Shown here: positions 37,283 to 47,167 of the stretch, one piece after another
Layout: each line of letters starts with the position of its first letter
How positions within the stretch are numbered: position 1 is the first letter of the stretch
Notes under the pieces: generated by a model
Told to the model about the DNA's origin: nothing
The model's database searches: none
Seen by the model: the letters and a program-made list of their open reading frames with translations, nothing else
Program-made: the position numbers and the translations under genes
Source of the DNA: Agathobaculum sp.
GTDB taxonomy: Bacteria; Bacillota; Clostridia; Lachnospirales; Lachnospiraceae
Direction: 5' to 3'
NCBI GenBank assembly: GCA_963611035.1
Contig: CAVDQU010000001.1
Coordinates: 8,425 to 72,424, forward strand
DNA length: 64,000 nucleotides

Positions 37283-38920
37283 TTAGTCATCCTCTTCATC
37301 ACTTTCAGTTACAGTGAAGGTAAATCTCTTACGTGCCATTTCATCGCTTTCCAGATACTCATCGTAGGTAGTGATCTTATCGATCAGCTTGCCGTTGATG
37401 ATCTCCATGATACGGTTGGCAGTGGTCTGTACGATCTGGTGGTCACGGGATGAGAAGATCATCACGCCCGGGAATTTGATCATACCGCGGTTTAATGCGT
37501 CAATAGACTCCATATCCAGGTGGTCGGTCGGCTCATCTAACATCAGTACATTTGCGCCAGAGATCATCAGCTTGGATAACATACAGCGGACTTTCTCACC
37601 ACCGGATAATACTTTAACCTTCTTAACACCATCTTCGCCTGCAAACAGCATACGTCCTAAGAATCCACGTACATAAGTTACGTCCTTCTCAGGAGAATAC
37701 TGGGTCAGCCATTCAACGATGGTGTCATCATTTGCAAACTCTGCGGAGTTATCCTTCGGGAAGTAAGACTGGGTAGTTGTAAGTCCCCACTTGTAGCTTC
37801 CCTCATCCGGTTCCATTTCACCTGCAAGGATCTTAAATAATACAGTCTTTGCACGCTCATTTGGTCCAACTAAAGCAACTTTGTCCTCTCTTCCAAGGAT
37901 AAAGGAGATATCATCTAAGATCTTCTCGCCGTCAATGGTCTTGCTTAAATGCTCTACGGTAAGAACTTCATTTCCGATCTCACGGGCCGGACGGAAGTCG
38001 ATATATGGATACTTTCTGCTGGATGGCTTGATATCATCCAACTGGATCTTCTCTAAGGCTCTCTTACGGGAAGTAGCCTGCTTGGACTTAGAAGCATTTG
38101 CAGAGAATCGCTGGATAAATTCCTGTAATTCCTTGATTTTCTCTTCCTTTTTACGGTTTGCTTCCTTCATCTGCTTGATGATCAGCTGGCTGGACTCAAC
38201 CCAGAAGTCATAGTTACCGGCATACAGCTGAATCTTGCCGTAATCGATATCAGCGATCTGTGTGCAGACTTTGTTTAAGAAATAACGGTCATGGGATACC
38301 ACGATAACGGTATTCTCAAAGTTGATCAAGAACTCCTCTAACCATGCGATCGCATCCAGATCCAGGTGGTTGGTAGGCTCGTCAAGAAGCAGGATGTCCG
38401 GATTTCCAAACAGTGCCTGTGCCAGTAAGACTTTAACCTTCTGTGCGCCTAACAGGGTACTCATCTGTGCATAGTGGAATTCCGTACCGATGCCAAGACC
38501 ATTTAACAGGTTCTCTGCGTCAGACTCTGCTTCCCAGCCGTTCATGGTAGCAAATTCACCTTCCAGTTCAGCTGCCTTGATACCATCTTCATCTGTAAAG
38601 TCTTCCTTCATGTAGATGGCTTCCTTTTCCTTCATGATCTGATACAGTCTTGCATTTCCCATGATAACGGTATCCAGAACAGTATACTCATCATATTTGA
38701 AATGGTCCTGCTGCAAGAAGGAAAGTCTCTGTCCCGGAGTAATGGCAACCTCACCGCTGGTTGGCTCTAACTGTCCGGAAAGGATCTTTAAAAATGTAGA
38801 CTTTCCGGCGCCGTTTGCACCGATCAGTCCATAACAGTTGCCTTCTGTAAACTTGATATTTACATCTTCAAACAATGCCTTCTTGCCTACACGAAGGGAA
38901 ATATTATTTGCACTTATCAT
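37283..38920 (-). CDS. ABC-F ATPase, YbiT/YkpA type
   Basis: GNCYGLIGANGAGKST, KVKVLLAQALFG, FSANASKSKQATSR. Confidence 0.9.
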   Translation of the reverse strand: MISANNISLRVGKKALFEDVNIKFTEGNCYGLIGANGAGKSTFLKILSGQLEPTSGEVAITPGQRLSFLQQDHFKYDEYTVLDTVIMGNARLYQIMKEKEAIYMKEDFTDEDGIKAAELEGEFATMNGWEAESDAENLLNGLGIGTEFHYAQMSTLLGAQKVKVLLAQALFGNPDILLLDEPTNHLDLDAIAWLEEFLINFENTVIVVSHDRYFLNKVCTQIADIDYGKIQLYAGNYDFWVESSQLIIKQMKEANRKKEEKIKELQEFIQRFSANASKSKQATSRKRALEKIQLDDIKPSSRKYPYIDFRPAREIGNEVLTVEHLSKTIDGEKILDDISFILGREDKVALVGPNERAKTVLFKILAGEMEPDEGSYKWGLTTTQSYFPKDNSAEFANDDTIVEWLTQYSPEKDVTYVRGFLGRMLFAGEDGVKKVKVLSGGEKVRCMLSKLMISGANVLMLDEPTDHLDMESIDALNRGMIKFPGVMIFSSRDHQIVQTTANRIMEIINGKLIDKITTYDEYLESDEMARKRFTFTVTESDEEDD

Positions 38921-39052
38921 GTCATTTACCTTTCTTATAAATAAATCTGTTGTTTTCGTTTCCGCTAAAAGAGGGGGCATTTGCTGTCCCCTCTTTACTG
39001 TCCTATGTACTTACAGGATACCCTGAAAAATACATTCTTCGCTCAATATCAG

Positions 39053-39081
39053 ATTGTACAGGGAAATACTCCATTTTGCAA
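39053..39081 (-). promoter_or_regulatory. Sigma-A promoter of the YbiT-type ABC-F gene
   Basis: TTGCAA-N17-TACAAT. Confidence 0.7.
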
Positions 39082-39089
39082 GGTCTTTT

Positions 39090-40088
39090 TTACAAAGTGC
39101 AGGACCTTCTTATGATCACTTCCGGCTGAAAAGATACAGCCTTCATCACCTTTCGTTTTCCCTCTAATTGTTCCAAAATACATCTGACTGCCTCTTCTCC
39201 CATCTGAGCTGTATGGAGATCTACGGTAGTCAAAGGCGGCACACTGGTTTCTGACGGTCCATCTCCGTTAATACTGATCACCGATATTTTTTGCGGAACC
39301 GAAACATTAAATTCATATAAAGCCTGCAGTGCCCCAAATGCCAGCGGATCATTGGAAACAAAAAGTGCCTCAGGAAGCTCTTGAGCTTTTCTTTGCATCC
39401 ATTCCCGCATCATATGGTATCCGCTGTCCGTACCATGAAGTCCCTCAATCTCATCCACGCATCTCATCTCAGGGTTTTCTTTCAGATAATTTCTGAAATG
39501 GTACCGCTTGTTAAATTCATCCGGAGTACCTTCCACATCCAGTCCACCCAGATAAAGTACAGTCCGGATCTGTTTTTCCCTCAGATAATCCATCGCCAGA
39601 TAAACGCAGCTTTTTACATCATAACGGATCCAATCTGCCTTTTCAGGGAAATAATTTACCTTCCCGATAAATGCCCTTGGAACATTTCCCAATATTCCAT
39701 GGATCTTTTTCTGCTCTTCTTTTGTAAAATTTCCCAAAATAACTGCACCGCATATCTCCCGTGGAACTTCTTTCAAAAAACTGATTGGAAAAAACATTGC
39801 CTGATAATGTTTGTTTAAACAATATTGCTCCATGGCAAAACGGGCCGTGAAGTAAAAGCTGTTATCCAACTGATTCAAAAAATGTGTATCTTTATGGATC
39901 ACTGCCACGGTCCCCAGATTCCCCATGATATTGTCCTTCTTCATCCGGTATCCCAGCAAGACAGCACATTCCTTTATTCTTTCTCTGGTTTCCTTCTGGA
40001 TCACCAGAGACGGATCTTCTCTCAAAGCACGGGAAACCGTTGATTTCGATACTCCCGCCATATCTGCAATATCCTGCATCGTTGCCAA
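39090..40088 (-). CDS. LacI-family transcriptional regulator (start TTG 40088 or ATG 40079)
   Basis: ATMQDIADMAGVSKSTVSR HTH; ND.LA.G, P.LTTV. Confidence 0.92.
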   Translation of the reverse strand: MATMQDIADMAGVSKSTVSRALREDPSLVIQKETRERIKECAVLLGYRMKKDNIMGNLGTVAVIHKDTHFLNQLDNSFYFTARFAMEQYCLNKHYQAMFFPISFLKEVPREICGAVILGNFTKEEQKKIHGILGNVPRAFIGKVNYFPEKADWIRYDVKSCVYLAMDYLREKQIRTVLYLGGLDVEGTPDEFNKRYHFRNYLKENPEMRCVDEIEGLHGTDSGYHMMREWMQRKAQELPEALFVSNDPLAFGALQALYEFNVSVPQKISVISINGDGPSETSVPPLTTVDLHTAQMGEEAVRCILEQLEGKRKVMKAVSFQPEVIIRRSCTL

Positions 40089-40127
40089 ATCACACACCAC
40101 CTGTTTTAAATGTTTACTGGTAGTTTA

Positions 40128-40868
40128 CTAGCGGAAGGATCCAAAGTCAAGTTTCCGGTCAAATTTCTCCGGATGATCCAGTTCAAACATATTCACACCT
40201 GCTCTTACAGCCGCCTCGACCCATTTTTTATCTTTTAAAATCGCTCCGTCTACATAGAAGCCGGCATTCTGCAGATCACAGACGATCTGCGGAGTCATAT
40301 TGTAAATATAGGAAAGGTAAATGAGCGCATCCATCCGTTTCATCAGCTCCACCGGATCTTCCGGTACGAAAGGCACGATCAACCCCAACTGGATGTCCGG
40401 AGCCTTTTGTTTTAAATGCTTTAGAACCTGAAAGTCCGGTCCAAATACAAATACATTTTCCTTCATCTGCTTTCTTTCAAGGATATCTGCCATCCGTTCT
40501 GTCAGTTCCAGATTGTCCTTTTGCATATCCCACGGCACGGTTTTTAATTCCAGTCCAAAATACACCTGATGGATACGGCCCCATTCCATTGCTTCTTCCA
40601 TTGTGCAAAGACCCGGAATAGACTCTTTCAGCTGTTCATATGTGAAATCATGAACATAACCCGTAAGCTCTGTCTGCCGCTCCATGCGCACATCATGAAT
40701 CACTGCCGGAACCTTATCTTTTGTCAGCTGAATATCGATCTCCAGATAATCAGCACCTCTTTTTATTCCTTCTTCCATTGCTTTAAGGGAATTTTCAGGA
40801 TACCGGCAGCTGCAGCCTCTGTGACCGCCGATCAATATATGATCTGCCTTTTCCAGTAATTTTCTCAT
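40128..40868 (-). CDS. Glycerophosphodiester phosphodiesterase family protein
   Basis: GHRG, PENS, EIDIQLTKD, IHD, ELK. Confidence 0.9.
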   Translation of the reverse strand: MRKLLEKADHILIGGHRGCSCRYPENSLKAMEEGIKRGADYLEIDIQLTKDKVPAVIHDVRMERQTELTGYVHDFTYEQLKESIPGLCTMEEAMEWGRIHQVYFGLELKTVPWDMQKDNLELTERMADILERKQMKENVFVFGPDFQVLKHLKQKAPDIQLGLIVPFVPEDPVELMKRMDALIYLSYIYNMTPQIVCDLQNAGFYVDGAILKDKKWVEAAVRAGVNMFELDHPEKFDRKLDFGSFR

Positions 40869-41971
40869 AATGCCAGATTCACCTTGCTTTCCGCATCAAA
40901 TACATTCACATGACTTCCAAGCCTAAGCCAGAGTGCCTGATCTTTCTTTCCGGAGCGGCTGCGCAGTTCCTCTATCTTTTCCGTATCTTCCACTGTCAGC
41001 CGGACATGATTTCCTTCTACTTCCCCATTGACCAGCAATTCTTTACCCAGATTTTCTACCATTGTGATCACCATGGGCATTGCATTTTCAGGCGTATCCG
41101 TTATCTCAACCTGATGAGAACGCACACCGATCGTTACCTTTTTACCTTCCATCAAAGCCAGCTTTTCTGCCAGTTCTCCTGAAACAGAAAGGAAGCTTTT
41201 TCCTACGCAAAGACCCACCGCCGCGTTTTCCTTTGCAATCAGAGCATCAATAAAATTCATCGGCGGATTTCCCATAAAGTTTGCCACAAACTGATTAGCC
41301 GGATAATTATAGAGGCGATCCGGCGTATCATATTGCTGAATCTTTCCTTCTGACAGGATAGCGATTTTATCGGCGATCGCCATTGCTTCCTCCTGATCAT
41401 GGGTAACGATCACAGAGGTAACTCCCAATTCGGCCTGGATACTTTTTATAACTTCACGGATCTCGATTTTTAAGCGGGCATCCAGATTGGACATTGGTTC
41501 ATCCAAAAGAAGTACCTTCGGTTCTTTTACAAGGGCACGACACATAGCCACACGCTGCTGCTGACCACCGGATATCTGAGTTGGACGCCGATCCAATAAA
41601 TGACTGATCTGAAGTTTTTCGGCGATCTTTCGTGCCCGATCATACCGTTCTTTCTTTTCCACTCCCTTCTGTTTTAACGGGAATGCGATATTATCCAGGA
41701 CAGTCATATGAGGATATAGCGCATAGGACTGGAAACACATACCGATATTGCGGTCCTTTGGTGCTTTTGCAGTCACATCTTCATGATCAAAATAAATTTT
41801 TCCGGCAGTAGGATCCAGAAGTCCGGCCATACAATTTAAAGTGGTTGATTTTCCGCATCCGGATGGTCCCAGCAAAGCCACAAATTCACCGTCTTTTATT
41901 TCCAGATTCAGATTGTCCAGGGCAACAGAACCTTTTTCAAATTCCATACGAAGATTTTCAATTCGGATCAT
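40865..41971 (-). CDS. Carbohydrate-type ABC transporter ATPase (MalK/UgpC-like)
   Basis: GPSGCGKST, FQSYALYPH, SGGQQQR, DEPMSNLDA, TOBE-like tail. Confidence 0.93.
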   Translation of the reverse strand: MIRIENLRMEFEKGSVALDNLNLEIKDGEFVALLGPSGCGKSTTLNCMAGLLDPTAGKIYFDHEDVTAKAPKDRNIGMCFQSYALYPHMTVLDNIAFPLKQKGVEKKERYDRARKIAEKLQISHLLDRRPTQISGGQQQRVAMCRALVKEPKVLLLDEPMSNLDARLKIEIREVIKSIQAELGVTSVIVTHDQEEAMAIADKIAILSEGKIQQYDTPDRLYNYPANQFVANFMGNPPMNFIDALIAKENAAVGLCVGKSFLSVSGELAEKLALMEGKKVTIGVRSHQVEITDTPENAMPMVITMVENLGKELLVNGEVEGNHVRLTVEDTEKIEELRSRSGKKDQALWLRLGSHVNVFDAESKVNLAL

Positions 41972-41973
41972 AA

Positions 41974-42810
41974 TTAAACTCCTTTTCCTCCAGCAACATT
42001 TCCTTCCATAAGTGTCCTCTGGGAAATAATAAAGAATACAAGTACCGGCAGCATATAGACGATAGCCATTGCTGCAAAGGTATTATAGTCAACGATCATC
42101 TGTTCCGGCCGTGAAAGAGCCTTTAGATACGTTGCGATAACAGGTGTCTTTGAGTTAAAGATCAGTGTGTTAAATAAAATATAGTTGGACCATGCACTTA
42201 AAAATGAAAAAACAGAAATAGAAGCAATACCCGGTTTTACCAGATATACGATCACCTGACGAAATGCGGAAAAACGGGTGCATCCGTCCACCAGACAGGA
42301 ATTTTCAAAATGGTTTTTAATGATAAACGTAGATCCGGGAATACGAAAAGCAATCGCAACCATGATAACGCCTGCCAGGCTGTTGGACAACCGTATCGTC
42401 ATCAAAACGTAAAGTACACCGATCAGCAAAAGCAGATTAGGGAACATACGCAGGATCAGTAAAAGATTCTGGATCAGCCTGCGTCCTGTAAAGCGCAGCC
42501 GTGAAAGAGCATAACCGGCCATGCAGCTGATCAGCACTTCACAGCTGGTCACGAGGACAGCAAAAACCACCGTATTTTTCATCGCTGTTCCGATGGGGCT
42601 GATTGTTGTCATTTTCTTTTCCATGGATGTATAAAGAAAGCGGAAATTTCCTAACGTAAGTGTCCCGCTATCCGGATCGATAAAAGCAAGCCTGAAAAAC
42701 GTCAGATAAAGAACAACGATCGGAATACAGATCAAAATCATTCCGATAATCGCATATTTTTGATTGCGGATCTCACCGCGGTTCATTGTTGCAGCGGATT
42801 TTTTTGCCAT
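41974..42810 (-). CDS. Carbohydrate ABC permease (MalG-like) with shortened EAA loop
   Basis: AGYALSRLRF.G, ...KNHFENSCLVDGC, PGIAS, WSNY. Confidence 0.85.
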   Translation of the reverse strand: MAKKSAATMNRGEIRNQKYAIIGMILICIPIVVLYLTFFRLAFIDPDSGTLTLGNFRFLYTSMEKKMTTISPIGTAMKNTVVFAVLVTSCEVLISCMAGYALSRLRFTGRRLIQNLLLILRMFPNLLLLIGVLYVLMTIRLSNSLAGVIMVAIAFRIPGSTFIIKNHFENSCLVDGCTRFSAFRQVIVYLVKPGIASISVFSFLSAWSNYILFNTLIFNSKTPVIATYLKALSRPEQMIVDYNTFAAMAIVYMLPVLVFFIISQRTLMEGNVAGGKGV

Positions 42811-42818
42811 TTCACACC

Positions 42819-43694
42819 TCACACCTTGTCACGTCTGTCCATTACTTTGTTCAGCAGGACCATCAGGATCATAACAACCAGGATCAGGACCATAGAAATT
42901 GCCGCACCATACCCATATTGCTGGTTGGTAAAGGCCTTGTGGTATGCAGATAACGCCCATACCTCCGTCTTCATACTCGGTCCTCCATCTGTGATCAACA
43001 TGATAGTGACATAATTCGTAAATAATCCCAGTGTCTCCCATAAAGCGATAAACTGAATATGGTAACGGATATTGGGAAGGATAATACTTTTTATGATCTC
43101 CCACTCTCCGGCTCCATCGATTCTCGCCGCCTTAAACTGGTTTTCCGGAATACTTTTAATGGCGCTGGAAAAATTGATTGCGCCAAAAGCAACACTGGTC
43201 AGTACCGTTGCCATAACAACGATCTGCATCGGATATTTGGCAATCCAGTTTAATGGTACCGAAGCTCCTGTCATTTTCATATAAAACTGGTTGATCACTC
43301 CGTTTTCACTGGCATCCAGCAGCCATATCCACAAAACAGAATACACAACTGCCGGTGTGATCATGGGAATCATGACAATGGATTTAAAAAAAGAAGATAT
43401 GTCTTCTGATTTGATGAAATAAGTGACCAGAATCGATATGACAAGATCCAAAAAAATCGTAATAGCAATGGCACAGACCACAAAAACCAGTGTGTTTCTT
43501 ACGATTCCCCACGTATTCGGATCCAGCAGGATCTTACGATAATTATTGAAATGATTCCATTTCCATACGAAGGAGGAATCAAGACCGGTAAGGGACATTG
43601 CTATTGTTAGAATTGCCGGAATAATATAAAAAATAGAAACAAAAATAATAAAAGGCGTAAGGAACTGATATGCCTGACGATTGTTTTTCTTCAT
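42819..43694 (-). CDS. Carbohydrate ABC permease (MalF-like)
   Basis: SIPENQFKAARIDGA EAA loop, TDGGP, YGYGAA. Confidence 0.9.
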   Translation of the reverse strand: MKKNNRQAYQFLTPFIIFVSIFYIIPAILTIAMSLTGLDSSFVWKWNHFNNYRKILLDPNTWGIVRNTLVFVVCAIAITIFLDLVISILVTYFIKSEDISSFFKSIVMIPMITPAVVYSVLWIWLLDASENGVINQFYMKMTGASVPLNWIAKYPMQIVVMATVLTSVAFGAINFSSAIKSIPENQFKAARIDGAGEWEIIKSIILPNIRYHIQFIALWETLGLFTNYVTIMLITDGGPSMKTEVWALSAYHKAFTNQQYGYGAAISMVLILVVMILMVLLNKVMDRRDKV

Positions 43695-43786
43695 AGCGAA
43701 CAGCCTTTCTATTTGCTTTATAGAACATGCAGCACATCCCGATGAACAGGTTCATCAAAAATGTGCTGCAGATTTTCAGTGGACGA

Positions 43787-45175
43787 TCATTTTACAATGA
43801 TATCATCAATATTCAGCTGTGCCTGTGTCTTGCAATCTTCCACTGCTTTTTCAACGGTCGTCTGTCCAAGCTCTAAGGATGCGATCTGATCAAAGATCAC
43901 GCCTCTTAAAGATGTGGCATTTTCTACGGAAGGGATAGACTGGGCATAATCTGCCATATAAGTAACAGGTGCCAAGATCGGGTTGCTTGTGATCTCTTCC
44001 ATCTCATTTGCTGCCTTCACACTGGAAAGAGAATAGGTAACTGCGCTGTGATGTGCCAGCAGGTCAGCAGAATCTCCCTGTAATTCCATAAAGATCTGTT
44101 TACACAGCTGTGGATATTTTGTATCTGCACTGATAGACATGAACTGAGGTGCTGCCGTGCAGAATGCTTTGTCTGTATCAGCTGATTTCGGGAAAAGCAC
44201 AAACTGTTCCTGTGCTGCAAAGGCATCTGTATCAAGTCCTGCTGCCTGAGCAACATAGGTTGCTGAAAACATTGGGCCAAAATAAGCAAATGCTTTGCCG
44301 GTACCTACCATTTCATTGATCGTTCCCCATCCCATCTGATTTAAATTATCCGGTGTGATCTTTGTTACCTGCGCATTGGTATATAAGGTATCAAACAGGC
44401 GGGTGATTCCCTGTTCATCAAAGACCAGTTTGCCATTCTCGTCAAAATAACTGCCTCCAACTGCATTTAACAGATCAAAAAAGTCGTTTCCGGCAGAAGG
44501 ACGATGTACCATTCCGTATTCAGCACCGCCTTTTTCAACCACTTCCCCGCAAAGAGCGATAAAATCTTCCAATGTCACTTCTCCGGATGCAATCTTTTGC
44601 GGATATGCATCAATCTCTTCCTGTGACCAGCCGATTGCTGCAAGATCATTTTTATTGTAGTAGATCACACGCAGCGGCATATCAAAAGGCATTGCGTATA
44701 CTTTTCCGTCTACTGTGGCCGGAAGGCAGATATCATCCACCATTGCGTCTGTAATCGCATCTGTAATATCCAGTACGCATCCGGCATTTACAAAACCGGC
44801 TACATCGGTATCACAGATAAAAATATCCGGTGCATCGCCGCTCTTATGAGCAAATACGATGTTATTATGGAATTCTGAATTATCGATCGTCTGAAGATCT
44901 GTTTCAAATGTGATCTTTGTATTGATACCCTGTTCTTCAAACTTTTTGTTCAGTCGTTCACCGGCCCCTACTACTGCATCTACCATGGTAGTAAAGTCTC
45001 CGTTAAAGCCGATCTTTATGGTTACATCTCCCAGACCTTCTTCAACAGCCGCTTCAGATGCTGCTGTTGTATCAGTCGGCGCAGACTGAGAACCGGAGCA
45101 GGCCGTCAGACATACCGCAGCCATACATGCTCCGGCTGCCTTTATCCATTTACTGTGAGTATCCTTTTTCATCAT
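43787..45175 (-). CDS. ABC substrate-binding lipoprotein (family 1)
   Basis: Lipobox LTAC, GDAPDI, DGKVYAMP...YYNK. Confidence 0.88.
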   Translation of the reverse strand: MMKKDTHSKWIKAAGACMAAVCLTACSGSQSAPTDTTAASEAAVEEGLGDVTIKIGFNGDFTTMVDAVVGAGERLNKKFEEQGINTKITFETDLQTIDNSEFHNNIVFAHKSGDAPDIFICDTDVAGFVNAGCVLDITDAITDAMVDDICLPATVDGKVYAMPFDMPLRVIYYNKNDLAAIGWSQEEIDAYPQKIASGEVTLEDFIALCGEVVEKGGAEYGMVHRPSAGNDFFDLLNAVGGSYFDENGKLVFDEQGITRLFDTLYTNAQVTKITPDNLNQMGWGTINEMVGTGKAFAYFGPMFSATYVAQAAGLDTDAFAAQEQFVLFPKSADTDKAFCTAAPQFMSISADTKYPQLCKQIFMELQGDSADLLAHHSAVTYSLSSVKAANEMEEITSNPILAPVTYMADYAQSIPSVENATSLRGVIFDQIASLELGQTTVEKAVEDCKTQAQLNIDDIIVK

Positions 45176-45196
45176 CTCATACCTCTTTCATCTCTT

Positions 45197-45991
45197 TTAT
45201 ATTTTTTCCGGAAGACCTTTGTTTTGCTTTTTTCTGTCTTCCAAAATCAACTTTTTTAATGCCTCAATGGCAATACGGATCCCGATCTGTGTATCATGGC
45301 ACTGGATATCTTCCAGTCCCTGTTCCCGGCGCACCTGGTTTCCGATTACCAGCATCACAGACCCCACACGGACCCGGCGTACACTTCCTACGATAAACAG
45401 GGCTGCCGATTCCATTTCACTGGTCAGAGCACCGCATTTTCTCCATGCATCCCATTCATATGAAAGCTGTGCTCCCACCGGCATTTCTCCCGGCGCATGC
45501 TGTCCGTAGAAGGAATCTTTACACTGTACAACCCCCATATGAAATGGTGTATCTGTTTCAACCGCTGCACGATAAAGAGCATTTACTACCTCAAAATTCG
45601 CCACCGCCGGATATTCGATGGGTGCGTATTCCCTGGATGTTCCCTCCATACGGATCGCCCCTGTGGCGATTACCACACTTCCCGAGAGGATCTCCGGCTG
45701 CATTCCCCCGGAGGTTCCTACCCGGATAAACGTATGGGCACCGCAGTGGACCAGTTCCTCCATCGCGATCGAAGCAGACGGTCCGCCGATTCCTGTTGAA
45801 ACTACGCTCACTTTTTCGCCGCACAACAAACCTGTATATGTGGTGTATTCCCTGTTTGTCATTACGTGAACCGCAGAATCCAGATGCTGTGCGATCTTCT
45901 CACATCGCCCGGGGTCTCCCGGAAGAATCACATACTTCCCTACATCCGCTGATGTCAGCTGAATATGATACTCCTTTTCGCTGTAGATCAT
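45197..45991 (-). CDS. udp: Uridine phosphorylase
   Basis: [39 protein letters not shown]. Confidence 0.92.
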   Translation of the reverse strand: MIYSEKEYHIQLTSADVGKYVILPGDPGRCEKIAQHLDSAVHVMTNREYTTYTGLLCGEKVSVVSTGIGGPSASIAMEELVHCGAHTFIRVGTSGGMQPEILSGSVVIATGAIRMEGTSREYAPIEYPAVANFEVVNALYRAAVETDTPFHMGVVQCKDSFYGQHAPGEMPVGAQLSYEWDAWRKCGALTSEMESAALFIVGSVRRVRVGSVMLVIGNQVRREQGLEDIQCHDTQIGIRIAIEALKKLILEDRKKQNKGLPEKI

Positions 45992-46016
45992 ATCAATACC
46001 TCCTATTCTTCAATAA

Positions 46017-46245
46017 TGTTTACTTCTTTTATTTATTTTGTTTACTTGTCTATATGCTTTTGTTTACTTCCTGCCACTGTGTCTATTGAAAACATTCCTT
46101 TAATTATCATTAATCAAATTCAACTTTATTATAAAAAAGTATAGCAAGTTCTCTTTTTATAGTCAATATGGTTTGCTTATTTTTTACAAAACTATACCGT
46201 ATTTTTACAAAACTTGTTGTGCATTTGTTTACTCAATGTTATACT
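46017..46245. promoter_or_regulatory. Divergent udp/PHP promoters with TGTTTACT boxes
   Basis: Minus: TTGACT-N17-TATACT (46138-46166). Plus: TTGTGC-N17-TATACT (46217-46245). TGTTTACT at 46017, 46039, 46061 and 46226. Confidence 0.7.
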
Positions 46246-46289
46246 GTGCATATATTATTTGTGACATAATCCAGATGGAGGTATCCTTT

Positions 46290-47027
46290 ATGAAGATCAT
46301 TGCGGATCTGCACACACATTCTCTTGCAAGCCAGCATGCTTATAGTACGATAGCAGAGCTGGCACAGGCAGCCAAAGAACGGGGATTTCAGGCTTTCGCC
46401 GTGACCGACCATGGCCCGCAGATGCCTGATGGTGCCGTTTCACATCATTTTTTCTGTATGAAGGGAAATATGCCTGACTACATCCAGGGACTGCGTTTTT
46501 ACAAAGGGGCTGAAGTTAATATCATGGATTTCGATGGAACCGTCGATCTGGAACCCGCTGTCTTGAAACGGCTCGATTTTGTAATTGCATCCTACCATTC
46601 GGAATGTATAAAACCATCCAGCCGTGAGGAGCACACCCGCGGTCTGCTCCGGGTGATCCAGAATCCCTATATTGACTGTATCGGCCACTGCGGGAATCCT
46701 GCTTATGAGATAGATGCCGCGCCGGTGGTAGACGCATGTAAAAAATATCACAAACTTCTGGAGATCAATTCTTCTTCCTTCCGGATCCGTCCGGGCAGCG
46801 AACGGATCTGTTCTCAGGTTGCCTCCCTGTGTGCCCAAAAAGGAGTCCCCATTATCGTAAGCTCCGATGCGCATTCTATGTGGTTTGTAGGTGAACACTC
46901 CGATGCCATTGCCATGCTGGAACAGATTCATTTTCCGGAAGAACTTATTTTAAACGCTGACCTGATAAAACTGCAGAACTATTTTTCCAGCCGCTGCAAA
47001 CGTTTATCTGCGTCAAAACTCCTGTAA
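46290..47027 (+). CDS. PHP-domain phosphatase (YcdX-like)
   Basis: DLHTHS...HAYST, TDHGP, GAEVNI, IGH, EIN.SS, SDAH. Confidence 0.92.
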   Translation: MKIIADLHTHSLASQHAYSTIAELAQAAKERGFQAFAVTDHGPQMPDGAVSHHFFCMKGNMPDYIQGLRFYKGAEVNIMDFDGTVDLEPAVLKRLDFVIASYHSECIKPSSREEHTRGLLRVIQNPYIDCIGHCGNPAYEIDAAPVVDACKKYHKLLEINSSSFRIRPGSERICSQVASLCAQKGVPIIVSSDAHSMWFVGEHSDAIAMLEQIHFPEELILNADLIKLQNYFSSRCKRLSASKLL

Positions 47028-47167
47028 AACCATGTAAAATCCGCCACGCATTCATTGCATCGTCTCCGGTTTCATGGTATGATACAAAAGATACGGCACT
47101 TTCGGTTTCGCAAGTGCATGCCCGTGTACAGTAATCATAAATGTACCTTATGATCCAAAGGAGACCT

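Noticed and set aside
33886..38920. ABC-F genes as antibiotic resistance determinants
   Set aside because: Motifs fit the housekeeping Uup/YfmR and YbiT/YkpA types, in a core-gene context
43728..43770. Hairpins after SBP genes (also 19648-19710 and 55271-55298) as ncRNAs
   Set aside because: Position fits ordinary intercistronic mRNA-stabilising stems
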